DNA from: a virus
Taxonomy: Duplodnaviria; Heunggongvirae; Uroviricota; Caudoviricetes
Strand: one strand, 5' to 3'
DNA: 29,309 nt
Virus record (IMG/VR): IMGVR_UViG_3300018878_000133
Span: 64,001 to 93,309 of that record
Position 1 is the first letter of the stretch; each line of letters opens with the position of its first letter. A program made the translations under genes and the position numbers. Shown here in pieces: positions 8,410 through 16,900 of the stretch. Below the pieces are notes generated by a model. It worked only from the letters and a program-made list of their open reading frames with translations. It made no database searches and was not told the origin of the DNA.

Positions 8410-8792
8410 AACTTTGGATTGACGATGTAAGACCTGCACCTGATGGATATATTCATATCAGAACTGTAAGTAGAGCCATTCAGACTATTGAGACACGAGA
8501 GAAAGAACGGCAGAGAATCATTGAAATACAAGAAGCAGCGTACGAGGATGGCAGGGATGAGTATGCTCAACACCTAAACCGTATACTACACAGTGCATAC
8601 TCTACTATTGAACTCATTGATATTGACCATGATGCAGGAGATTATGCTTCTGATGGTGGTGACTATATTAAGCTCCTTGACTGGCTTGAAGAAACTGGTC
8701 GTAATTACCCTATTCATATTCACTCAATGAATCCGGTAGGTGTTGAGAATATGAGAAGAATTATTCAAAAGAATGGTTGGAAAGAGGTTTAA
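8406..8792 (+). CDS. cyclic-phosphate-processing receiver-like (cREC) domain protein
   Basis: MKLWIDDVRPAPDGY...IDIDHDAG...IHSMNPVG...M matches the DD.R.P...DHDlG...HS.NpvG signature I recall for this phage-enriched receiver family. Confidence 0.8.
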   Translation: MKLWIDDVRPAPDGYIHIRTVSRAIQTIETREKERQRIIEIQEAAYEDGRDEYAQHLNRILHSAYSTIELIDIDHDAGDYASDGGDYIKLLDWLEETGRNYPIHIHSMNPVGVENMRRIIQKNGWKEV

Positions 8793-8794
8793 TT

Positions 8795-8977
8795 ATGGCT
8801 AGATATATTGTTAGACTACGCAAGGATACTTATAAAGCATGGACTTATGTAAATCCGATTATTGAAAATGGTGAATTAATACTTGTTACTAATATTCCAG
8901 GCTGGTGGCGGTGGAGAAAAACACGCATTAAAGTGGGAGATGGTAAAACACCTTTTAATAAGCTTAGATACCTATAA
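8795..8977 (+). CDS. stand-alone Mtd_N / phage-hyaluronidase-N-like protein (60 aa)
   Basis: IVRLRKDTYKAWTYVNPIIENGEL...RIKVGDGKTPFNKLRYL; AGAGGT RBS before ATG at 8795. Confidence 0.7.
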   Translation: MARYIVRLRKDTYKAWTYVNPIIENGELILVTNIPGWWRWRKTRIKVGDGKTPFNKLRYL

Positions 8978-8988
8978 GGAGTTAGTCT

Positions 8989-9348
8989 ATGAACGAAAAA
9001 CGTATTCTTTTATCAGATGAAGCACCAAAATATAAAAAGAAATCTAATGCAAAAGGACTACCTCGGTCAAAGCATAAACATATATATGAAACAGTTCTTT
9101 TACATCGTAAATGGAATGGTACTGATTTTAAAACAGGCAAACCAAAAATAGAAATAATACCTATACCTACTAAGGTATGTACTGTTTGTGGTAGAGTCTC
9201 AGAGACTGATATGGATAGCAAATATTATATCCAAGAAAAGGTAGATGGTCTTCCATTTCTTTACAATGAAAAACGACTAAGTAAGCAAGTAGAGAAATTA
9301 GAAAAGTGGTACACAGAAGACTACTTTGATAAATTTGCTACTAGGTAG
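8989..9348 (+). CDS. basic hypothetical protein
   Basis: AAGGAG RBS; K/R-rich KKKS...RSKHKH and a CTVCG motif. Confidence 0.7.
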   Translation: MNEKRILLSDEAPKYKKKSNAKGLPRSKHKHIYETVLLHRKWNGTDFKTGKPKIEIIPIPTKVCTVCGRVSETDMDSKYYIQEKVDGLPFLYNEKRLSKQVEKLEKWYTEDYFDKFATR

Positions 9349-9365
9349 AAGGAGATTACTATATT

Positions 9366-9440
9366 ATGAAAACTTGTTTTGATGGCCGTAATAAATCTAT
9401 CTGTTCTAGTTGTGGATATTTTATAAAATTTAGAGGTTAA
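9366..9440 (+). CDS. putative 24-aa micro-ORF (MKTCFDGRNKSICSSCGYFIKFRG)
   Basis: Fills the 9349-9442 gap; GAAGGAG RBS upstream; stops 2 nt before the next start; below the ORF-track length cut-off. Confidence 0.4.
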   Translation: MKTCFDGRNKSICSSCGYFIKFRG

Positions 9441-9442
9441 AT

Positions 9443-9913
9443 ATGTTTGAAAAAGAGATAGAACAAAAGTTAAAAACGGAACAAAGAGAAAAAGAGCGCC
9501 GTGAGAGACGACGTCGAAGAAAAAATCCTAGTTACAAAGGTTATGATTTTCGTAATTGGTTTGTTTATCCTATTGGTGTAATTTCAGTAGAGCTTGATTT
9601 GGTTCATGCTCGAAAGTACCAAGCTTTAGAGTGGTCTGAAGAAAAAGCAGTAGAAATTATAAATAAATACTTAGTTAAAATTTGCGACTATGATAAAGAA
9701 ACAGGAGAACTTAGTTTTTCAACTGATTGGCATAAACCTTGGGAGTGGCATTCGACTAAAAAAGATAAGTTATGGTGTACTAAATTTAATTATGAGCTTA
9801 CCAATTATCTTGCAGAAAAATACGAGTGTGAAGGATTTAAAAAGACCTTTGGGGAAGGCTATGAAGATGACTGGATTATTTTTACAAAAGTATCTAGTGA
9901 AGAGGTTAAATAA
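9443..9913 (+). CDS. hypothetical phage protein
   Basis: AGAGGT RBS; Arg-rich N-terminus RERRRRRK. Confidence 0.7.
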   Translation: MFEKEIEQKLKTEQREKERRERRRRRKNPSYKGYDFRNWFVYPIGVISVELDLVHARKYQALEWSEEKAVEIINKYLVKICDYDKETGELSFSTDWHKPWEWHSTKKDKLWCTKFNYELTNYLAEKYECEGFKKTFGEGYEDDWIIFTKVSSEEVK

Positions 9914-10107
9914 TGAGCAAGTATGGTGAATGTTCTGTCTGTGGAGAACCACTAGAAGCAGTATGGTTTATTGAAGAAGAGTATAATACATTTGAAGGCC
10001 ACATGTATAAAACTGGCCGTAAACGTAGAGCTGTTGATTATTTAGTTTGTCCCGAATGTGATCATAGAGAATGTATTGATGATTCTTTTGATGGGCCTTG
10101 GTATTAA
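9913..10107 (+). CDS. small Zn-ribbon protein
   Basis: CSVC...CPEC; AATG overlap. Confidence 0.7.
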   Translation: MSKYGECSVCGEPLEAVWFIEEEYNTFEGHMYKTGRKRRAVDYLVCPECDHRECIDDSFDGPWY

Positions 10108-10117
10108 TTAAAATTAT

Positions 10118-10139
10118 GCTAAAATATATTGTATAATAA
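10118..10139 (+). promoter_or_regulatory. putative promoter (-10 TATAAT at 10132-10137)
   Basis: GCTAAAATATATTGTATAATAA directly upstream of the HPr-like gene RBS. Confidence 0.5.
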
Positions 10140-10158
10140 TTAAAAAGAGGTGATAATT

Positions 10159-10383
10159 GTGACATATCCGTTTAAGATTAATACAAAAGAAGATTTGTAT
10201 AGACTTAGTGAAATGGCGAGCAAAGAAGACTTTTCTATTTATTTAAGTACAAGTACTGAGATTTTTGATGCAAAAAGTTTACTGGCTCTATTCACTATTC
10301 TAGGCAAAGAAGTAAATTTAACTGCACCAGATCATATTGATGCAGAAAAGTTTACAAAGTTTATTGAAAAGCTTGAAAAGTAA
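10159..10383 (+). CDS. HPr-family phosphocarrier-like protein lacking the PTS His15 loop
   Basis: ASKEDFSIYL...FDAKSLLALFTILGKEVNLTA aligns by eye to B. subtilis HPr ASKYDADVNL...VNLKSIMGVMSLGIAKGAEITISA. GTG at 10159 follows AGAGGTG (the track start at 10150 overlaps the RBS). Confidence 0.75.
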   Translation: MTYPFKINTKEDLYRLSEMASKEDFSIYLSTSTEIFDAKSLLALFTILGKEVNLTAPDHIDAEKFTKFIEKLEK

Positions 10384-10384
10384 T

Positions 10385-10424
10385 AAAAGACAGCTCAGTT
10401 ACAAGTAGGGCTGTCTTTTATTTA
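10385..10424 (+). terminator. intrinsic terminator
   Basis: AAAAGACAGC (10385-10394) pairs with GCTGTCTTTT (10410-10419), followed by T-rich sequence. Confidence 0.75.
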
Positions 10425-10455
10425 TATATGTAAAACTATTTTAAAGGAGATATTT

Positions 10456-12687
10456 ATGAATCATCCAAATTGGTTTGATTTTAAGGGCGGTTATTGGCAA
10501 GACAAAATAGACGTACATGATTTTATTAAGACAAACTACACTTCTTACAGTGGTAATCACAGCTTTCTAGTTGGACCTACCGACCGTACTACAAATTTAA
10601 TGAAAAAAGTGCAGGGATTATTTGATCTAGAACGCCAGTATGGTGGTGTTTTAGATGTTGATACAGCGACTGTATCATCTTTAACTAGTTTTTCTCCTGG
10701 TTACATTGATAAGGATAATGAGCTAATTGTTGGTTTACAAACAAATCGTCCGCTTAAGAGAAGCGTAAATCCATTTGGCGGAATGCGTATGGTTCGTCAG
10801 GCGTGTGAAGCGTACGGGTACAAGCTCAGCGAAGAAGTTGAAAATGAGTTTAGATATAGAACAACTCATAATGATGGTGTATTTAGAGCCTATACCGATG
10901 AAATGAGAGCTGCTAGAAAATGCCATATTATTACAGGTCTTCCTGACGCATATGGTAGAGGTAGAATTATCGGTGATTATCGTAGAGTGGCTCTATACGG
11001 CATTGATCGGTTAATTGAAGAAAAGCAAAAAGATAGAAAAGCATTGGCTACATCAAACTTTAATACCGATGAAATTCGTTTAAGTGAAGAGTTACACAAA
11101 CAAATTACGTTTTTGGGCTTAATGAAACAAATGGCAGAAATGTATGGATATGATATTTCAGAGCCTGCAGCAAATGCACGAGAAGCTATTCAGTGGACTT
11201 ATTTTGCATACCTTGCCGCTATTAAAGAGCAAAATGGTGCCGCAATGTCACTTGGCAGGGTCTGTACATTTTTTGATATTTATATTGAACGTGATATTCG
11301 CAACGGTCTTTTAACCGAAGAGGCTGCGCAAGAGCTTTTAGATGATTTTGTTATTAAACTTCGTTGCGCTAGACACCTTAGAACTCCTGAATATAACGAG
11401 CTTTTCGGTGGTGACCCTATGTGGATTACAGAAGCTGTTGGTGGTATGCAGGCAGATGGCAACACTTTAGTAACCAAAACTAGTTTTAGAATTCTTAATA
11501 CTCTTTACACTCTTGGCCCATCACCTGAACCTAACCTAACTGTACTTTGGTCTTCAAAATTACCAGACGGTTTTAAAAAGTTTTGTGCGAAAATTTCTAT
11601 TGATACAGATTCTATTCAGTATGAAAATGATGATTTAATGAGACCTATTTATGGTGACGACTATGCAATTGCATGTTGTGTATCTGCTATGAAATTGGGC
11701 AAGCAAATGCAGTTTTTTGGTGCTAGATGTAACTTACCTAAACTGCTTCTTGTTGCGATAAACGGAGGTTATGACACAACAAGTGGTATACATATTGGTC
11801 CGCAAATGCCAGTACTGACAGGTGACACTTTAGATTATATTGAAGTAAAAAAGAGACTAGATATTTACTTGCCTTGGATTGCGAAGCTATATGTAAATAC
11901 TATGAACATTATTCATTATATGCATGATAAATACTGCTATGAAAAGTCTCAAATGGCACTACATGATACTTATGTAGAACGTTTAATGGCTTTCGGTGTT
12001 GCAGGTTTATCAGTTATGGCCGATTCTTTAAGCGCAATTAAATATGCTAATGTAAAAAATCTTAGAAATGAAGCTGGCTATATTGTTGATTTTACATGTG
12101 ATGGTAAATTTCCTAAGTTTGGAAATGATGATGATAGAGTTGACACTATAGCTCAAGAAATTACTCATTCGTTTATTGAAGAATTACGTAAAATACCAAC
12201 GTATCGAAATGCTGTTCACACGTTGTCAGTTTTAACTATTACTTCTAATGTAATGTACGGTAAGCATACTGGAGCTACGCCAGATGGCAGAAAAGCCGGT
12301 GAACCTTTCGCGCCTGGTGCTAATCCTATGCACAATAGAGAAGAAAATGGAGCACTGGCATCGCTCAGCTCTGTTGCTAAATTAAATTATGATGATTGCC
12401 GAGATGGTATCTCTAATACATTTTCTATTGCCCCCGCTACTCTCGGAAATACTGAAGAAAATCAGATAAATAATCTTGTCTCTGTGTTAGACGGTTACTT
12501 TGCTAAAGGCGCTCATCATATTAATGTTAATGTACTAAATAGAGAAACCCTCATGGATGCATATGAACACCCTGAAAATTACCCAAATCTCACAATAAGA
12601 GTTTCTGGTTACGCTGTAAATTTTCACAAGCTTTCTAGAGAGCAGCAGCGCGAAGTCATAAGCAGGACTTTTCATTTATTAGTATAA
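10456..12687 (+). CDS. pflB: pyruvate formate-lyase (formate C-acetyltransferase), glycyl-radical enzyme
   Basis: 743 aa; [22 protein letters not shown], catalytic IACCVS (Cys codons at 11674 and 11677), [10 protein letters not shown], and glycyl-radical loop [10 protein letters not shown] (Gly codon 12607-12609); AAGGAG RBS. Confidence 0.96.
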   Translation: MNHPNWFDFKGGYWQDKIDVHDFIKTNYTSYSGNHSFLVGPTDRTTNLMKKVQGLFDLERQYGGVLDVDTATVSSLTSFSPGYIDKDNELIVGLQTNRPLKRSVNPFGGMRMVRQACEAYGYKLSEEVENEFRYRTTHNDGVFRAYTDEMRAARKCHIITGLPDAYGRGRIIGDYRRVALYGIDRLIEEKQKDRKALATSNFNTDEIRLSEELHKQITFLGLMKQMAEMYGYDISEPAANAREAIQWTYFAYLAAIKEQNGAAMSLGRVCTFFDIYIERDIRNGLLTEEAAQELLDDFVIKLRCARHLRTPEYNELFGGDPMWITEAVGGMQADGNTLVTKTSFRILNTLYTLGPSPEPNLTVLWSSKLPDGFKKFCAKISIDTDSIQYENDDLMRPIYGDDYAIACCVSAMKLGKQMQFFGARCNLPKLLLVAINGGYDTTSGIHIGPQMPVLTGDTLDYIEVKKRLDIYLPWIAKLYVNTMNIIHYMHDKYCYEKSQMALHDTYVERLMAFGVAGLSVMADSLSAIKYANVKNLRNEAGYIVDFTCDGKFPKFGNDDDRVDTIAQEITHSFIEELRKIPTYRNAVHTLSVLTITSNVMYGKHTGATPDGRKAGEPFAPGANPMHNREENGALASLSSVAKLNYDDCRDGISNTFSIAPATLGNTEENQINNLVSVLDGYFAKGAHHINVNVLNRETLMDAYEHPENYPNLTIRVSGYAVNFHKLSREQQREVISRTFHLLV

Positions 12688-12705
12688 TATTATAAATATA
12701 TTTAT

Positions 12706-12752
12706 AAAGTTAAAGCTGTATAGTATGTTATATAGCTTTAACTTTTATTTTT
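12706..12752 (+). terminator. intrinsic terminator
   Basis: AAAGTTAAAGCTGTATA (12706-12722) pairs with TATATAGCTTTAACTTT (12729-12745, one G-U pair), followed by a T tract. Confidence 0.8.
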
Positions 12753-12777
12753 ATTAAATCTATTTGGTATACTATTT

Positions 12778-12793
12778 GCTAAATTATTTGATA
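12778..12793 (+). promoter_or_regulatory. candidate late-promoter motif GCTAAATTAWWTGATA
   Basis: GCTAAATTATTTGATA in front of the first baseplate gene; 14/16-identical copy at 25179. Confidence 0.5.
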
Positions 12794-12819
12794 AAAGTTT
12801 TTAATGGAGGTCAGCTATT

Positions 12820-13503
12820 TTGGTTACTAAAGGTATTATAAAGTCTATAAATAGAGCTGGTAATCGGTGTGTAGTAAGACTGCCTCTATTTGAAACAGCG
12901 TCTAGTTCTACTCCAATAGAAATAGAAGCTTTGATTAATATTACGCCCGGTATGTTCAATAACTTATATGTAAAAGATGTTGTTTTTGTAGCTTTTGAAG
13001 AAAACGCTCTAGAAAAGCCAATTGTTATAGGTAAGCTTTTTAAAGGAACTACATATGAAAACGAAACACCGGGTGGCGCGGGCATTTTAGATTCTTTAAA
13101 TGTCCGTACAAAAGCAAGTATGCCTTCTGAAACTACGATCTTTAGGTTTTCCAATGAAGCTGTTTATAAACATTTCAAGACCCCGAAAAAAATAGCGGAC
13201 TACATACTGTGGCTAGAATCTTGGGCTAGAGACCTTTTTATAAAGCTAGATGAATATTTTAGATGTTTTAAAAACTGGACACAATGGCAACTTCGACCGG
13301 AAAACGTAGAAGTTGATGATGGAGACCTTGATAATACTGCTGAGTATCCCGTTGTAGATGCTTTTAAGTACCAAGATGAAGACGGTGAGTGCTCTGCCTG
13401 CGGTGCCTGTGCGAAGTTAAGAGTTAAAACCTGCGTTAAAAACGGTAATAAAACATATAGAAAATATAATAAAATTGGAACCGATACAAAATATTCAGAA
13501 TAG
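12820..13503 (+). CDS. baseplate spike/hub-like protein (gp5/gpV-type N-terminal OB fold)
   Basis: TKGIIKSI...CVVRLP...VKDVVFVAFEENALEKPIVIGKL matches the gp5/gpV OB pattern; sits immediately before a gp25-like gene; TTG start after GGAGG. Confidence 0.65.
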   Translation: MVTKGIIKSINRAGNRCVVRLPLFETASSSTPIEIEALINITPGMFNNLYVKDVVFVAFEENALEKPIVIGKLFKGTTYENETPGGAGILDSLNVRTKASMPSETTIFRFSNEAVYKHFKTPKKIADYILWLESWARDLFIKLDEYFRCFKNWTQWQLRPENVEVDDGDLDNTAEYPVVDAFKYQDEDGECSACGACAKLRVKTCVKNGNKTYRKYNKIGTDTKYSE

Positions 13504-13519
13504 CTAAAGGAGATAACTA

Positions 13520-13912
13520 ATGCGTTCCTATAAGTTTCCAAAAATGTTTAAAACTAATAGTTCAAGAATATGGCGCGCGGACGAGTATGGAAAAGCTACA
13601 AGACAAAACGCCTTGCTTTTGTTACATTCTGAGCGTGGTGAATTTGAATGTGACCCGTATTTTGGTATTCTATTAAAACATTATATGTTTAATCAAAATA
13701 GTTACATATTAAAAGATATGCTAATTGATACCATTTATACACAAATTGCTATCTTTTTGCCGCAGATAAAAATTTCTAGAAACAATATTGATATTGTATC
13801 AGATAATATAAAAGGCAGACTTTATTGCACTTTCTCTGGCACAAATCAAATTGATTATACACATAATACTTTTAATCTATTATTGTTTGATGAAACTAAA
13901 CAACAATCATAA
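13520..13912 (+). CDS. baseplate wedge / sheath-initiator protein (gp25/GpW-like)
   Basis: 130 aa; LLLHSERGEFECDPYFG..LKHYMF...I...IAIFLPQI is the typical gp25 pattern. Confidence 0.85.
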   Translation: MRSYKFPKMFKTNSSRIWRADEYGKATRQNALLLLHSERGEFECDPYFGILLKHYMFNQNSYILKDMLIDTIYTQIAIFLPQIKISRNNIDIVSDNIKGRLYCTFSGTNQIDYTHNTFNLLLFDETKQQS

Positions 13913-13930
13913 ATAAAAGGAGTTTAAAAG

Positions 13931-16900
13931 ATGCTAACAAAAAATGAAATTACAGCACTAAATTTATCTCCAACTAAAAAGGACTTCGTTCAAATATGGA
14001 ACGAACTTTTAGAAGTTGCCGGTAAACTTTCGGAACGTTGGGATCCGACAAGTACGAATGAAAGTGACCCTGGTATTGTAATCTTAAAAGCACTAACAGG
14101 TATTGCAGATAAGCTGAATTATAACATAGATAAAAATACTCTTGAAGCTTTTATGCCAACTGCTGCTCAAGAAGATTCTATGCGTAAGTTGTGCGAAATG
14201 CTTGGCTATAATATCAAGTATTATAGATCTGCTGAGACGACTGTTACTATTAAATACTATAATCCAGATCCTTCTGAAGAAGAAGCAAATGTTATGAACA
14301 TGAAAGATGGTCAGCATTTAGAGATTCCGAAATTTACTGTTATTACAAACGGAGATAAGGATATATACTATTTTACGACTAATGAAACACCTCGTATTAT
14401 TTCAGCTGCTTCGCCTATCACCGATCCTCCTATTCCTTGTATGGAAGGTCAGCTTGTAAAATGTGAAGGTGCTGGTGATAATAGTGTAATTACAATAAAT
14501 CATATATCAGAACGTAACAGATTCTATCTTCCAGAAACACAGGTAGCTGAGAATGGTATTTTTGTATATAATGTTTTCGGTGATACTTCTAAGGGTAGTT
14601 TAGTAGATGGGACACCCTGGACTAGAGTAGATAATTTAAATATTGTGCCTAGAGGAACTAGATCTTTTAAATTCGGTTTTGACTCTTATGAGAGTCGTCC
14701 GTATATTGAATTTCCAGAAGATTACAGCGAGCTGTTTAATGATGGGCTGTTTATTTACTATGCCAGAACTTCCGGCATCAGTGGCAATGTATCGCCAAGA
14801 ACTTTAACACAGTTAGAACCTCCTACATCAGGTTACTGGTCTAAAGTTTCAGCTGAAAGTTTTAGTGTCGAAAATTCATTTTCAGCAAACAATGGAGCTA
14901 ACATTGAGACAATCAGTCAAGCCTATAATAATTTTAAAAAGACTGTCGGCACTTTTGAGACTCTAGTCACTTGTAGAGATTATATGAATAAAATCTATTC
15001 AATGGTAGATGATGGTGGCAGATCATTAGTATCTAATATATTAGTTACAGATATTCGTAATGATATAAATAGAGCAGTTACTATTTGTAGCTGTGATGAT
15101 GCCGGCATTTTTTATAAGGATACTCCAGTATTTATAAAAAAGACCGTTGATACTGAAATAACTGAAGGTCTATTAGAAGAAGGCAAGCTAGTTTCTCAAG
15201 GTATTACCAAACATGGTGAGTTTAAAAGTGTTGGAAAAGACTATGGTGAGCCTGTCTATCAATACACTGATGAAGGTATAGAATTCAAACACCTCGCAGA
15301 AGAAGATATTACTGGTGATTTAGTACATCAAAAAACCATACCAGGTACCCCGGTTTCTCAAGGTATCACTCCTGGTACTCCGGTTTCTCAAGGTGTCACT
15401 CCTGGTAATAGAGAACACGTTGATACTAAACCAGGTAATTTAGAATTATGGGAATCAAATGAAGATGACCCTGAATTTATAGAAGACGCAGGGTATGAAA
15501 ATTATACCCACGTTAGTGAAGCAAATAAACCATATTTTTCTAGTAATCCAGCAACTAAAGTTATTGACGGTGTAGAAGTTACTACATATTGGCGTACATA
15601 TAATGAAAATGGTTTCCCTCTGTATCCGTCTGAGTTTATTATAACTTCTGGTGCAAGTAGTAAAACTTTTGATACTACAAAAACAGGTATTGTGCAAGAA
15701 GGTACATCAAATGGTAGAAGAGTTTGGTTAGTTATGCAAAATGACTCTCCTACAAGTACTTTATACTATTATACTAATTTACCTATAGAGGAAATTAGTA
15801 TTAAATACCCAATTAAAAAGTATCTCGTAACAAAAACATATAAACAAATAGATACTGAAGAGTACGTGCAAACTAATACAGAAAAATTTCTTCAAGTTGA
15901 CACAGAAAAGTTTATACAGACTGATACAGCTGAGTATTTACGGACAAATATAGAAAAATATGTAAAAACTGATACAAAACACTATTTACAGACAGATACT
16001 GAAAACTTCGAAAAAACCGATGTAGAAACCTTTTTACAAACTAATATTAAGCATCAAATAGCCGAAACATTAGTTAAAGAAGAGCCTACAATAGATCATT
16101 TTGATTTAGTACTCTATCCTTTTAAGTCATACACACAGCTTAGCTCTGAATCTAAAAGCATACGTAAGCCCTATGACAGTTCATTTACTTATTCTAATGC
16201 TAACTTAAGCACCATAGAACAACAGCTTGATACTAATTCAAAAACTTTGGCACATAAAATTCAAACCCCTCGTAAAGACGATATTCTTAGTATTAATAAC
16301 TATTTAAGATTAAATGTTACTATTGCAACTAACTCCAAGATAACAGAGGAAGAAGCAAATATACTGAAAGAGCATATTAAAATAGCGCTTGCAAATGCAT
16401 TTAACATGCATGAGCTTGACTTTGGCGAAGAAATTCCTTTTGATAGTATTATTGAGGTTATTGAAAACGCAGATCCAAATATCAGAGTCGCTTCTTTAAA
16501 TGACCCTACCTTATACACTACATTTTCCGTGTTAACTGATGTTGACGGTAATGGTGTACTAGAACCTATAGAATATGCTGTTGCGTCTTCTTGGTTAAGT
16601 GAAGATGAAGCAAAGAGTGTTCCTAACCTAGATTTTGAAACTGAGATTAAGTTTAAAGAAGACGATAAGTACCCTGAGATTGGTACTTTTAACACCAAAA
16701 AAGCTAAAAGTATTTATAATAAACTTGTTGTACGTAACATATTAGCAGGGCGGGTTCCTTTATTTAAATATAATAACACTTTTAAGACCAGCTTTGCCGA
16801 AGCTCCTTATTTGGTTACTACAGGTCTTAGTAATAGTGGTACTGACACTTTAAAAACAGAAGCTCCAGCAGCCTTGCCTGATGGTGTAACTACGGATTAT

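Noticed and set aside
5548-8977. Diversity-generating retroelement suggested by the Mtd_N-like domains
   Set aside because: No reverse transcriptase, no TR/VR repeat pair differing at adenines and no C-type-lectin variable domain in the window.
10420-10455. CcpA cre box or Rex operator upstream of pflB
   Set aside because: TGTAAAACTATTTT lacks the central CG of cre sites, and no TTGTGAA-N4-TTCACAA-like palindrome is visible.
12690-12707. 18-bp perfect palindrome TTATAAATATATTTATAA after pflB
   Set aside because: Composed only of A/T in a very AT-rich gap, so plausible by chance; the adjacent hairpin already explains the region.
15341-16042. Tandem repeats as a CRISPR or mini-array
   Set aside because: Units are in-frame multiples of 3 inside a coding sequence, have no unique spacers, and vary mainly at codon level.
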